Of a stretch of DNA of 64,000 bases, positions 28,188-37,673 are shown one piece after another. The notes beneath the pieces are model-generated. The model saw only the letters and a list, made by a program, of their open reading frames with translations. It was not told the origin of the DNA and ran no database searches. Source of the DNA: Micromonospora sp. (GTDB lineage Bacteria; Actinomycetota; Actinomycetes; Mycobacteriales; Micromonosporaceae). Each line of letters starts with the position of its first letter. The first letter of the stretch is position 1. Where the stretch lies: the NCBI GenBank assembly GCA_036563645.1, contig DATCMA010000056.1, positions 9,898 through 73,897 of the forward strand, written 5' to 3'. The translations under genes and the position numbers were made by a program.

Positions 28188-29381
28188 TCAGGCGTACACG
28201 GGCGCTTTCGCCGGCATGTGCAGCGCGAACCCCTCGGGGATCACGAGGTCCTCGGGGCTCAACTCCTTAATCGAGCGGTGCCCGAGCCCGATGAGCGCCT
28301 CATCGATGCCGCTGCGGAGGATCTCCAGCACCTGCCGGACCCCCTGCTCTCCTCCGGCGGCCAGCCCCCACAGCCAGGCACGGCCGATGAGCACCGCGCG
28401 CGCCCCGAGCGCGAGTGCCTTGACCACGTCGCTGCCCCGTCGGATCCCCCCGTCGAAGAGGACCTCGACCTGGTCACCGACGGCCTCGACGATCGCCGGC
28501 AGGGCGCGCAGCGACGCGGGTGTGCCGTCGAGGTTGTTGCCGCCGTGGTTGGACACGGAGATCGCGTCCGCGCCGGCGTCGACGGCGCGGCGGGCGTCGT
28601 CCGGATGGAAGACCCCTTTGACGACGAACGGCCCTTTCCACTGCTCCCGCAGCCACTCGACGTCGCGCCAGGTGGGCAGCGGGGTCTGGGCCCACTCCAG
28701 GTACGCCTGTTTGAAGGTGGGGACGCCCTTGCGGGAGGTGGCGAGGTTCGGCGCGCGCAGATCCGGGATGCCGCCGAGGAGGAACTGCAGGGCCCAGCCC
28801 GGGCGGGACATCGCCATCGGGAGGAACTTCACCAGGGTCGGCAGGGTCACCTTCTCGGGCATCTCCGGGGTGCCCCAGTCCCGGCGGCTGGCGAAGGCCC
28901 AGTCCAGGGTGAGGATCAGCGCTTTGGCGCCGCACTTGCGGGCGTTCTCCACGCGCTCGGCGATGTCGTCGCGACTGCCCACCCAGTACGTCTGGTAGAA
29001 CGCCTTGGGGTTGGCGGCGACGACCGCCTCAAAGGGCATGCTCGCGAAGGAGCTGAGCCCGATCGCCGTGCCCGCCGCCGCGGCCGCCCGAGCGGCCCCC
29101 ACTTCGCCGTCCGGATGGACGGCCTGGGCCCCCGCCGGCGAGATGATCACCGGCATGGAGAGCTCCTGGCCCAACACCGTGGTCCGCAGATCGCGGACGT
29201 GGGGCACGTCCCGGGCGATCCGGGGTCGAAAGCTCACGAGGTCGAACGCCCGGACGTTGTCGGTGAGGGTGATGCCTTTCTCCGTGCCGGCGATCAGCGC
29301 ACTGTAGACCGCCTTCGGGAGGCGTTTCTTCGCTCGCCGTTGGGCCTCGGCCACCGTTTCCAGGGGTGCACGACCAAACAC
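28188..29381 (-). CDS. FMN-dependent alpha-hydroxy-acid oxidase/dehydrogenase (L-lactate dehydrogenase LldD-like)
   Basis: ..ISPAGAQ..ALILTLDWAFASRRDWG..GADAISVSNHGGNNLDG..DGGIRRGSDVVKALALGARAVLIGRA.. Confidence 0.9.
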   Translation of the reverse strand: MFGRAPLETVAEAQRRAKKRLPKAVYSALIAGTEKGITLTDNVRAFDLVSFRPRIARDVPHVRDLRTTVLGQELSMPVIISPAGAQAVHPDGEVGAARAAAAAGTAIGLSSFASMPFEAVVAANPKAFYQTYWVGSRDDIAERVENARKCGAKALILTLDWAFASRRDWGTPEMPEKVTLPTLVKFLPMAMSRPGWALQFLLGGIPDLRAPNLATSRKGVPTFKQAYLEWAQTPLPTWRDVEWLREQWKGPFVVKGVFHPDDARRAVDAGADAISVSNHGGNNLDGTPASLRALPAIVEAVGDQVEVLFDGGIRRGSDVVKALALGARAVLIGRAWLWGLAAGGEQGVRQVLEILRSGIDEALIGLGHRSIKELSPEDLVIPEGFALHMPAKAPVYA

Positions 29382-29634
29382 GGCACACCTCGCTTCAGAT
29401 AAGGAGGGATACTCCCCACGCCTCGGACAGCCCCGCCATGACCGGACGCGCGCCGGCGGCCGGTGCGCCGGCCGGGGTGATGCACGCCGCCACCCTAACC
29501 GTGGCGATCCACCCTAAAGGCCTGATTCGCTGGATTAGTCCGTTCGCGGACGCCCCCCGGAGTGCCACCCCACGGCCGAGTCGACCGATCTCAACTCCGT
29601 GATCAAGACCTCGCGTGATCACCAACAGTCGTTA

Positions 29635-29651
29635 TTGCAAATTCTTTGCAA
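29635..29651. promoter_or_regulatory. inverted repeat TTGCAAA-TTC-TTTGCAA
   Basis: Perfect 7-nt arms, about 90 nt upstream of the family-5 SBP ATG, in a locally AT-richer stretch. Confidence 0.25.
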
Positions 29652-29740
29652 CTACTGCATGGTGTCAAAAGGAGGACAGTGTCGTCAGCCCTGTGCCGTC
29701 ACGTCGCGACCTCGCATCGCGTCAGACAGAGGAGTTGCCC

Positions 29741-31408
29741 ATGCACGAGCGGGACCCCGCAATCGGGACACGCGACCGCGGGCGCCGGCGGCGCGGCCCT
29801 GAGGCCGGACGCCGAGGGCGCGGCGGCCTCCGATCCCTCACCGCGATCGCCGTGATCGCGGCAAGCCTAGCCGCCACCGCGGCCTGCGCCTCCAGTGGGC
29901 AACAGGCGGCGGCGCGAGCCGACACCCTGGTCATCGGCGTCGACAGCGAGCCGGACACGCTCAACCCGGTGCTCAACTACGGCGCTGACGGCGCGTCGCT
30001 GATCTTCGACGGGCTGGTGAGCCGCGACGAGAACAATCAGCTCGTCCCGGGGTTGGCCACGGAGCTGCCGACGGTATCGGACGACGGGCGCACCGTGACC
30101 GCGACGCTGCGCGACGGGGTGGTCTTCCACGACGGAACGCCACTCACCGCAGAGGACGTGGTCTTCACGTACCAAGCGGTACTCAACCCGAAGGTCGACT
30201 CCACGCTGCGCTCGGATCTCGAGATGCTCGAGGCGGTCGAGGCTCCGGATCCGAAGACCGTGGTCTTTCGCCTGAAGTACCCCTACGCGCCGTTCCTCCA
30301 GCGACTCACCCTCGGCATCGTGCCCGCGGCGGCGCTGCGTGACCAGGACATCAACAAGGCCGAGTTCAACCGCAAGCCCATCGGCACCGGGCCGTACAAG
30401 GTCGAGTCGTGGACGCCCGGCGACCGACTGGTCCTCGTCGCGAACGACCGCTACTTCGGCGGCCGACCCGCTACCGACCGGGTCGTCGTGGCCTTCGTCC
30501 CCGACGACAACGTCCGCGCCCAGCGGACCCGGGCCGGGGAGTTCGACGCGGTCGAGCTCGCGCCGAAGCTCGCCGCCGGATTCGCCGACACCCCCGGCTA
30601 CCGCGTCCACGCCGTGCCGACCGCGGACTACCGCGGGGTCATGCTGCCGATGGAGCACCCGGTCACCGGGGACCGCGCCATCCGCCGGGCCCTCACCCTC
30701 GCCGTCAACCGGGCCGCGATGATCGAAGGGGTGCTCGGCGGGGCGGGCGAACCGGCCTTCGGCCCCGTGCCCCCGACCTCGGAGTTCTTCGAGCCATCGA
30801 TCGTCGGCCCGGCCAGCGGCGATCCCCAGGCGGCCCAAGCCCTCCTCGACGCGGCGGGCTGGCGGCCCGGCCCGGACGGCATTCGCGTCAAGAACGGCCA
30901 ACGGGCGGCGTTCACGCTGATGTACCCGGCCAGCGACAGCGTCCGCAAGGAGCTCGCCCTGGCGGTGACCGCCGACGCGAAGAAGATCGGGATTGAGATC
31001 ACCCCCGAAGGGCTGACCTGGGATGCGATTACCCCGCGGATGCGGCGCGACGCGCTGATCATGGGGTACGGCACGCCGTACGACCCGGACTTCGTCTCCT
31101 ACAAGCTGTTCGGCTCACGGTTCGCCGGTCAGGGCTTCTTCAACCCCGGCTTCTACCGCTCGGAGGTGGTCGACCGGGCGCTGGAGCAGGGCCGCAGCTC
31201 GGCGGATCCAGCTGCTCGCCGCACCGCCTACCGCACCTTCCAGCGCCAGTTGGCCGAGGACGTGCCGTGGGTCTTCTTGACCTACCTCAAGCACACCTAC
31301 GTCGTCCGCGACGACATCGAGGGGGTTACCCCCCGGGTCGAGGCGCACGAGCACGACGTCGCCAACAGCCTGTGGTGGAACATCGAGCGGTGGAGCCGGA
31401 AGCGGTGA
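29741..31408 (+). CDS. ABC transporter substrate-binding protein, family 5 (peptide/nickel/opine type)
   Basis: Leader ..LTAIAVIAASLAATAACASSG. Body ..DTLVIGVDSEPDTLNPV..PIGTGPYKV.. GAGGAG before ATG 29741. Confidence 0.9.
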   Translation: MHERDPAIGTRDRGRRRRGPEAGRRGRGGLRSLTAIAVIAASLAATAACASSGQQAAARADTLVIGVDSEPDTLNPVLNYGADGASLIFDGLVSRDENNQLVPGLATELPTVSDDGRTVTATLRDGVVFHDGTPLTAEDVVFTYQAVLNPKVDSTLRSDLEMLEAVEAPDPKTVVFRLKYPYAPFLQRLTLGIVPAAALRDQDINKAEFNRKPIGTGPYKVESWTPGDRLVLVANDRYFGGRPATDRVVVAFVPDDNVRAQRTRAGEFDAVELAPKLAAGFADTPGYRVHAVPTADYRGVMLPMEHPVTGDRAIRRALTLAVNRAAMIEGVLGGAGEPAFGPVPPTSEFFEPSIVGPASGDPQAAQALLDAAGWRPGPDGIRVKNGQRAAFTLMYPASDSVRKELALAVTADAKKIGIEITPEGLTWDAITPRMRRDALIMGYGTPYDPDFVSYKLFGSRFAGQGFFNPGFYRSEVVDRALEQGRSSADPAARRTAYRTFQRQLAEDVPWVFLTYLKHTYVVRDDIEGVTPRVEAHEHDVANSLWWNIERWSRKR

Positions 31409-32427
31409 GCGCGCCCGCCACCCCGCAGCGACCGGCGCGGCCTCGGCGATGGCGCGCCGGCGCCGGCGCGGTGATCCGGCGGCGCTTGATCGTCGCCGTC
31501 CCCGTGCTCATCGCCACGAGCATCGGGATGTTCCTCCTCGGCGCGGCGTCGCCGATCGACCCGGCGATGCAGTACGCGGGCGCGGCCGCCTTCACCGCGA
31601 CCGAGGAGAACCTCGCGCAACTGCGCGCCAACTGGGGTGTGGACGATCCCGTGCCGGTGCAGTACCTGCGCTGGATCGGCAACCTGCTGCGTGGCGACCT
31701 GGGGTGGTCGACCAGCCGGCATGAACCGGTGAGCGCAGTATTGGCCGCGCACGCGGGATGGACGCTCCTGCTCGTCGGCGCCGCTCTCCTGGTGGCGTTG
31801 CTCATCAGCCTGGTGCTCGGCACCATCGCGGCGTACCGGCGCAACGGCCTCCTCGACCGAGCGGTCCGGGCCGTGGCGTACGCGCTGCAGTCAATGCCCG
31901 TGTTCTGGCTCGGCATCGCCGCCATCGCGGTGTTCGCCCTCGCCCTCGGCTGGCTGCCCGCCGGGGGGTTGACCAGCGCCGCGCAGCTGGGGACGTCCTG
32001 GTGGGACATCGCCCACCACCTCATCCTCCCCGTCGGGGTGCTCGCGGTCGCCCAACTCCCCTGGTTCGTGCTCTTCGTCCGCGACGCCGTCGTAGACAGC
32101 CTGCGCGAGGACCACGTGCTGTTCGCCCGCGCCCGCGGCCTGCGCCCGCGGACCGTCCTGTTCGGACACGCGTTGCGCACCGCGCTGCTGCCGTTCCTCA
32201 CGCTCATCGGCACTCACCTGCCGGAGCTGGTCGGCGGCGCGGTGCTGGTCGAGACCGTGTTCTCCCTCCCCGGCCTCGGCGCGGTGACCGTGCAGGCGGC
32301 CATGGGCAGCGACTTCCCTCTCCTCGCCGCCACCACCTTGATCACCACAGTCGTGGTCCTGGCCGCGAATCTCGCCGCCGACCTCGCCTACCTCGCCGCT
32401 GATCCCCGGGTCCGCTTCGATGACTGA
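31405..32427 (+). CDS. ABC permease (DppB/OppB-like)
   Basis: GTGA overlap with the SBP stop. ..IRRRLIVAVPVLIATSIGMFLL.. and a BPD_transp_1 core. Confidence 0.9.
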   Translation: MSAPATPQRPARPRRWRAGAGAVIRRRLIVAVPVLIATSIGMFLLGAASPIDPAMQYAGAAAFTATEENLAQLRANWGVDDPVPVQYLRWIGNLLRGDLGWSTSRHEPVSAVLAAHAGWTLLLVGAALLVALLISLVLGTIAAYRRNGLLDRAVRAVAYALQSMPVFWLGIAAIAVFALALGWLPAGGLTSAAQLGTSWWDIAHHLILPVGVLAVAQLPWFVLFVRDAVVDSLREDHVLFARARGLRPRTVLFGHALRTALLPFLTLIGTHLPELVGGAVLVETVFSLPGLGAVTVQAAMGSDFPLLAATTLITTVVVLAANLAADLAYLAADPRVRFDD

Positions 32428-33295
32428 GCTCACTGTTCCGCGCGCGCTGGGCCGCCGACGCCTCCCCTGGCGACCCGGCCAGCTCGGCTTCACGGTCGCC
32501 ACCGTCGTCCTCGTCACGGCGGTCGCGGCCTGTCTCCTCGCGCCGCTGCTCTGGCCACTGGACCAGACCGCGGTCCACCTCGACCGCACCCGTCTCGCGC
32601 CGTCGTGGGCGCACCCCGCCGGCACCGACGACATGGGGCGCGACGTGTTGCACCGCAGCCTCTACGGCCTGCGCGTCTCCCTGCTCGTGGGCGCCGTCGC
32701 CGCGCTCGTCGCCACGGTCATCGGGGGCGTGGTCGGCACGATCGCCGGGACGCTTGGCGGCACCGTGGACCGGATTCTCATGCGCGCGGTGGACACCGTC
32801 GCGGCGCTGCCGCACCTGCTGCTGGGCATCTTCATCGTCGCCATGCTGCGCCCCAGTCTCGGCGCGGTGATCGCTTCGATCGGGCTGACGCACTGGCTCA
32901 CGACGGCCCGGATCGTCCGATCCGAGCTGCTGAGTCTGCGGACGCGACCGTTCATCGACGCCGCGATCAACGGCGGGGCGAGCCGCTGGCAGGTCATGGT
33001 CCGACACCTGCTGCCGCACGTCCTGCCCCGCATGGCGCTCGCGACCACCCTGATGGTGCCGCACGCGGTGTGGCACGAGACCTCGCTGTCCTTCCTCGGC
33101 CTCGGCCTCCCCCCGCACATGGCCTCCCTCGGCAACATGATCAACGACGGGCAGCGCTCCCTCCTCGCCGGCGCCTGGTGGGCCAGCCTCGTCCCCGGCG
33201 CCGTGATGATCATCGTCACGCTCGCGCTGGCCGCGGTCGCCGCCCGCTGGCGTGAGCACCTCAACCCTCGGCTGCGATCGGAGCTGGACCTGTGA
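32420..33295 (+). CDS. ABC permease (DppC/OppC-like)
   Basis: Overlaps the previous stop. ..GTDDMGRDVLHRSLYGLRVSL.. typical DppC N-region. Confidence 0.9.
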   Translation: MTELTVPRALGRRRLPWRPGQLGFTVATVVLVTAVAACLLAPLLWPLDQTAVHLDRTRLAPSWAHPAGTDDMGRDVLHRSLYGLRVSLLVGAVAALVATVIGGVVGTIAGTLGGTVDRILMRAVDTVAALPHLLLGIFIVAMLRPSLGAVIASIGLTHWLTTARIVRSELLSLRTRPFIDAAINGGASRWQVMVRHLLPHVLPRMALATTLMVPHAVWHETSLSFLGLGLPPHMASLGNMINDGQRSLLAGAWWASLVPGAVMIIVTLALAAVAARWREHLNPRLRSELDL

Positions 33296-34296
33296 TCGGA
33301 GAGACCGCCACCGCCACCGTGACCGCCAGCACGGACCGCGCGAGCGTCCTGCGCGTGGACGGCCTCACGGTCCGCTTCCGGATCCGCGACGGAATCGTCC
33401 ACGCGGTGACGGACCTCAGCCTGACCCTCCATCGGGGCGAACTGCTCGCCGTCGTCGGCGAGTCCGGCTGCGGGAAGTCGGTGCTCGCGCACACGCTGCT
33501 CGGTCTGCTGCCGGCGAACGCCGCCGTGTCCGGACACGCCTACCTCCAGGTGTCGCCCGACACCGCCCCCATCGACGTGATCCACTGCGGGGAGCGACGC
33601 CTTGCCCGAGACATCCGGGGTCGCCAGCTCGGTCTCGTCCCCCAAAGCCCGGCCACCGCGCTCACGCCGGTCCGCACCGGCCGACGGCTGCTCGAGGAGA
33701 CCTTGCGCGCCCACGGTTCTCCCCGGCACGAGGCCGCTCACCAGGCGGAGCGGCTGGCCCGCGAGGTCGGCCTCGACCCCGCCGATCTCGATCGGTATCC
33801 GTTCGAACTCTCCGGCGGCATGGCCCAGCGCCTCGCCACCGCGCTCGCCCTCGCCCCCGATCCCGCGGTGCTGATCGCCGACGAACCGACCACCGGCCTC
33901 GACCGCCCGCTCGTCGACCACACCCTCGACGTGCTGCGGCGGCGCTGTGACGCCGGCTACGCGGTCCTGCTGATCACCCACGATCTCCGCGCCGCCCGCC
34001 GGGTCGCCGACACCGTCGCCGTCATGTACGCCAGTCGGATCGTCGAACGTCAACCGGTGGACCGCTTCTTCACCGCCCCCGCCCACCCCTACAGCGCCGC
34101 CCTCCTCGACGCGCTCCCCGAGCGCACCTTCCGTCCCATCCCTGGTCACCCACCGATGCTGACCGCGCTGCCGGACGGCTGCGCCTACGCGCCGCGCTGC
34201 CCGCGGGCAACGGCGCGCTGCGCACGCCAGCCGGAGGTCACCACCACCGAGTCGGGCGCGGTCGCCTGTCACCGTCCCCGAGAGGAGGCCGCGTGA
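33292..34296 (+). CDS. ABC transporter ATP-binding protein (DppD/OppD-like)
   Basis: Walker A GESGCGKS, signature LSGGMAQR, Walker B VLIADEPTTGLD. C-terminal oligopeptide-type extension with Cys cluster. Confidence 0.9.
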   Translation: MIGETATATVTASTDRASVLRVDGLTVRFRIRDGIVHAVTDLSLTLHRGELLAVVGESGCGKSVLAHTLLGLLPANAAVSGHAYLQVSPDTAPIDVIHCGERRLARDIRGRQLGLVPQSPATALTPVRTGRRLLEETLRAHGSPRHEAAHQAERLAREVGLDPADLDRYPFELSGGMAQRLATALALAPDPAVLIADEPTTGLDRPLVDHTLDVLRRRCDAGYAVLLITHDLRAARRVADTVAVMYASRIVERQPVDRFFTAPAHPYSAALLDALPERTFRPIPGHPPMLTALPDGCAYAPRCPRATARCARQPEVTTTESGAVACHRPREEAA

Positions 34297-34982
34297 GCGA
34301 CGTCCGCGGCTTGGCGGCCGAACACGTCACGGTGTCGTTCGACGGCACACCCGTGCTGACCGACGTGACGCTGCGCATCGCGCGCGGCGAGACCGTTGGG
34401 CTGCGCGGCGCCTCCGGGAGCGGGAAATCCACGTTGGCGCGGGTCCTCGCCTTCCTGCACTCACCGGATCGTGGTCACGTCAGCCTCGACGGCACCCCGA
34501 TCATCGGCGCGCGCTTCCGCGTGCCCCCGCAGATCCGCACCCGCGTCGCGTTGCTGTTCCAAAGCCCTCGCGCCGCCGCCGACCCCCGCCTGCGCCTCGT
34601 CGACCTCATCGCCGAGCCCGTGCGCGCCACCGGCGCGGCGCGCCAGGAGGCCCGACACCGGGCACGCGACCTCGCCGACCGGGTCGGGCTCACCCCCGAC
34701 CTCCTCGACCGGCGTCCGCATGAGGTCAGCGACGGCCAACTCCAGCGCGCCTGTCTCGCCCGGGCACTCGCCCAGCAGCCTGACTACCTCCTGTGCGACG
34801 AGGCCACCGCCATGCTGGACGCCTCCACACAGGCCCAGCTCGCCTCGGTCATCATCGACTACCAACGGCACCGCGACGCCGGCGTGCTGCTCATCTCCCA
34901 CGACCCCGCCTTGCTGGCGCGGTGGGCGGATCGGGTCGTCGACATCGCCGACGGTCGACTCCTCGCCCCGGCGCCGCGGTAG
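34293..34982 (+). CDS. ABC transporter ATP-binding protein (DppF/OppF-like)
   Basis: Walker A GASGSGKS, signature VSDGQLQR, Walker B YLLCDEATAMLD. Overlaps the previous stop. Confidence 0.9.
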   Translation: MSDVRGLAAEHVTVSFDGTPVLTDVTLRIARGETVGLRGASGSGKSTLARVLAFLHSPDRGHVSLDGTPIIGARFRVPPQIRTRVALLFQSPRAAADPRLRLVDLIAEPVRATGAARQEARHRARDLADRVGLTPDLLDRRPHEVSDGQLQRACLARALAQQPDYLLCDEATAMLDASTQAQLASVIIDYQRHRDAGVLLISHDPALLARWADRVVDIADGRLLAPAPR

Positions 34983-35112
34983 GGAGCCGGGCGCGCGGGC
35001 CGCGCTATTCTGGCGGCGTTCCGCTTCTCCATCCACGTCGACCGACGCAGGCGATTAACGGAATACCGCAATTGATTCACGAGGTGAACGGCGCCACGTT
35101 ATCGGGGATCGA

Positions 35113-35130
35113 CCATTTCCCAAGAAATGG
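35113..35130. promoter_or_regulatory. inverted repeat CCATTTC-CCAA-GAAATGG upstream of the copper operon
   Basis: Perfect 7-nt arms in the lower-GC spacer, about 85-120 nt before the PCuAC start. Confidence 0.3.
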
Positions 35131-35213
35131 ACGAGAAGAATTCTCCGTGAGATCGACCACATATCGGCATTCCCAGGGAACCAGCTGCGAATAGCCGGCG
35201 ACTAACTCGGCGG

Positions 35214-35846
35214 ATGCACGCAACAAACCCGCGAGCCTTCGGAGCGTTCATGCGTAAGCGAATGACGCGTCCCGCACGCCGGACGCCTCAGCCCTGCACG
35301 ATCACCCTGGCGGCGAGCGCCGCGGCGGCCCTGCTCCTGCTCGGCGTACCGGGGTGCAGTGCGGGGGACTCGGGGGCCGCCTCCCCGACCCCGACCCCCT
35401 CGGCCACGTCGAGCAGCAGCTTCGCCATCGAGGATCCCTGGGTCAAAGCGGCTGACGAGGGCATGACCGCCGCCTTCGGCACGCTGGTCAACCGCGGTGA
35501 CCGCGATGTCCGCGTGGTGGGCGCGACGTGTGACGTGGCGCGCGTCGAGATGCACACGATGGCGATGCAAGGCGGCACGATGGTCATGAAGAACGAGCCC
35601 AACGGCTTCACGGTCAAGGCCGGTGGGACGCACCGTCTGGAGCCAGGCGGCGACCACCTCATGCTCATCGACATCACCAAGCCGATCCGCGCCGGCGACA
35701 CCATCGCGTGCACGCTCACCCTCGACGACGACCGAACCGTCGACTTCACCGCGGTGGCCAAGCCCTTCACCGGCGCCGAAGAGCAGTACGACCCGGACGC
35801 GCCCGACTCCGAGCACGACGCGAACACGCACAATGGCGGACACTGA
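35214..35846 (+). CDS. copper chaperone PCu(A)C (ECuC-like) lipoprotein
   Basis: Lipobox LLGVPGCSAG. Cu(I) motif region ..VEMHTMAMQGGTMVM..GGDHLMLIDI.. (H/M ligands, HxM). Alternative start ATG 35250. Confidence 0.85.
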   Translation: MHATNPRAFGAFMRKRMTRPARRTPQPCTITLAASAAAALLLLGVPGCSAGDSGAASPTPTPSATSSSSFAIEDPWVKAADEGMTAAFGTLVNRGDRDVRVVGATCDVARVEMHTMAMQGGTMVMKNEPNGFTVKAGGTHRLEPGGDHLMLIDITKPIRAGDTIACTLTLDDDRTVDFTAVAKPFTGAEEQYDPDAPDSEHDANTHNGGH

Positions 35847-37080
35847 CCCGACAACCGACTCCGCGGCCCAGCGGCCCACGATGAGCCGCCGCCGGTTGCT
35901 CACCGGTGGCGCGCTCGCCGCCGGTGGCGCCCTCGCCGGGGCAGGGCTCACCTGGGGCGTGGCGGATCGCGAGCCGCCAGCGGGCACCGCTGACCCGGTC
36001 TCCTTCGGCGAGCAGGTGGAGCCGTTCTACGGTCCGCACCAAGCCGGCATCGCCACGCCGGCGCAGGCCCACGCGTCGTTCGTCGCCTTCGACCTCCTGC
36101 CGACCGTCGACCGCGCCGCGCTGGGCCGGCTGATGCGGCTGTGGACCGACGACGCGGCCCGGCTCACCCAAGGGCAACCGCCGTTGGCCGACACCGAGCC
36201 GGAACTCGCCCTCCTGCCCGCCCGGCTGACGATCACCTTTGGCTTCGGCCCGGGCCTGTTGCGGGCCGCGGGGCGCAGCGACCAGTGGCCGGAGGCGATC
36301 GGCTCCCTCCCCTCGTTCTCCGTCGACCGGCTCCAGCCGAATTGGTCCGGCGGTGACCTGCTCATTCAAATCTGCGCGGACGATCCGGTCACGGTCAGCC
36401 ACGCGCAGCGGATGATGATCAAGGACGCTCGCCCGTTCGCGACGGTCCGCTGGATTCAACAGGGTTTCCTCCACGGTCGCGGGGTCCGGGGCGACGGGCA
36501 GACGCCTCGCAACCTGCTCGGCCAGCTCGACGGCACGACCAACCCCAAACCCGGAACACCCGAGTTCGACGCGGCGGTCTGGGTGTCGGACGGGCCGGAG
36601 TGGCTGCGCGGCGGCTCGGCGCTGGTGCTGCGCCGGATCCGGCTCGACCTCGACGACTGGGATCGGCTCGGACGGGCGGAGCGGGAGTACGTCCTCGGCC
36701 GGCGACTCGACACCGGGGCTCCGCTGACCGGCCAGCGGGAGGACGATCCGCCGGACTTCACCGCCACCGACGAGTCGGGCCTCTACGTGATCCCTGAGTT
36801 CTCGCACATTCGGCGGGCGCACGTCGCGGACCCGCGGCTGCGCATGCTGCGCCGGTTCTACAACTACGAGCTAGCCCCGGCCACCGGCGGCCCTCCGGAG
36901 GCTGGCATGATTTTCGCGGCGTACCAGGCGAACGTGCAGCGCCAGTTCGTGCCAGTCCAACGGAAGCTCGCCGAGGCGGATCTCTTGAACAAATGGACGA
37001 TTCCTATCGGGTCGGCGGTGTTCGCCATCCCGCCAGGCTGCGAACCCGGCGGGTGGATTGGGGAGCGACTGTTGGCATGA
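35833..37080 (+). CDS. Tat-exported Dyp-type peroxidase (EfeB/DtpA-like)
   Basis: Twin-arginine leader MSRRRLLTGGALAAGGALAGAG. ..FYGPHQAGIATP.. and ..RNLLGQLDGTTNP..HIRRAH.. 14-nt overlap with the PCuAC stop. Confidence 0.9.
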   Translation: MADTDPTTDSAAQRPTMSRRRLLTGGALAAGGALAGAGLTWGVADREPPAGTADPVSFGEQVEPFYGPHQAGIATPAQAHASFVAFDLLPTVDRAALGRLMRLWTDDAARLTQGQPPLADTEPELALLPARLTITFGFGPGLLRAAGRSDQWPEAIGSLPSFSVDRLQPNWSGGDLLIQICADDPVTVSHAQRMMIKDARPFATVRWIQQGFLHGRGVRGDGQTPRNLLGQLDGTTNPKPGTPEFDAAVWVSDGPEWLRGGSALVLRRIRLDLDDWDRLGRAEREYVLGRRLDTGAPLTGQREDDPPDFTATDESGLYVIPEFSHIRRAHVADPRLRMLRRFYNYELAPATGGPPEAGMIFAAYQANVQRQFVPVQRKLAEADLLNKWTIPIGSAVFAIPPGCEPGGWIGERLLA

Positions 37081-37673
37081 GCGTGACTGACCGTCGACGG
37101 CGTCCCCGACACCCGTGGCGCCTGCTCGCCACCGCTCTCGCGGCGACCGTGCTCGCCGTGCTCGTCCCCACGGCACCGGCCGCCGCGCACAACCAGCTCA
37201 TCGACACCGCCCCGGCCAAGGACGCCGTCCTCGACGAGCCCCCGGCCGAGGTGGCGCTGGAGTTCGTCGAGCGGCTGGACCCGACGTACACCACCATCGT
37301 GGTGACCGACGCGCAGCGGCGGACCGTCGCCACGAGCGCGCCGGAGATCTCGGGCGCGCGGGGCGTCGTGCGGTTCACCGAACCACTGGCCCCGGGCACG
37401 TACACGGTCGCCTACCGGGTGGTGTCCCTCGACGGGCACCCCGTGCAAGGCTCCTTCCGCTTCACCGTGGCCGGGGACGCGCCAGCGGCGACCACCGCGC
37501 CCGTCGCCACGCCGACCACGCCCGATCCGACCGCGACGCCCGCCACCGCGGCCGAGGAGCGAGAGGCGAGCCGGGGTGTGGCGATCGCCGTGGCCGTGGG
37601 CGTCGGGGTGGTGGCGCTCGCCGCCCTGGCCGGCGTGCTCGCGCGGCGGCGGAGTGGGAACGGTCAGCGATGA
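37077..37673 (+). CDS. copC: CopC-domain copper-binding protein with C-terminal membrane anchor
   Basis: Signal ..PTAPAAA|HNQLIDTAPA puts His at mature position 1. ..YRVVSLDGHPVQGSFRFTV.. Pro/Thr linker and a TM helix. ATGA overlap with the DyP stop. Confidence 0.9.
   Translation: MSVTDRRRRPRHPWRLLATALAATVLAVLVPTAPAAAHNQLIDTAPAKDAVLDEPPAEVALEFVERLDPTYTTIVVTDAQRRTVATSAPEISGARGVVRFTEPLAPGTYTVAYRVVSLDGHPVQGSFRFTVAGDAPAATTAPVATPTTPDPTATPATAAEEREASRGVAIAVAVGVGVVALAALAGVLARRRSGNGQR

Noticed and set aside
22194-29740. Full 20-bp palindromic mycobacterial DosR boxes
   Set aside because: Only half-site matches were found by eye (27057-27073 and about 29531-29541). No complete GGGACT-N-AGTCCC palindrome was found, so I report them only as low-confidence candidates.
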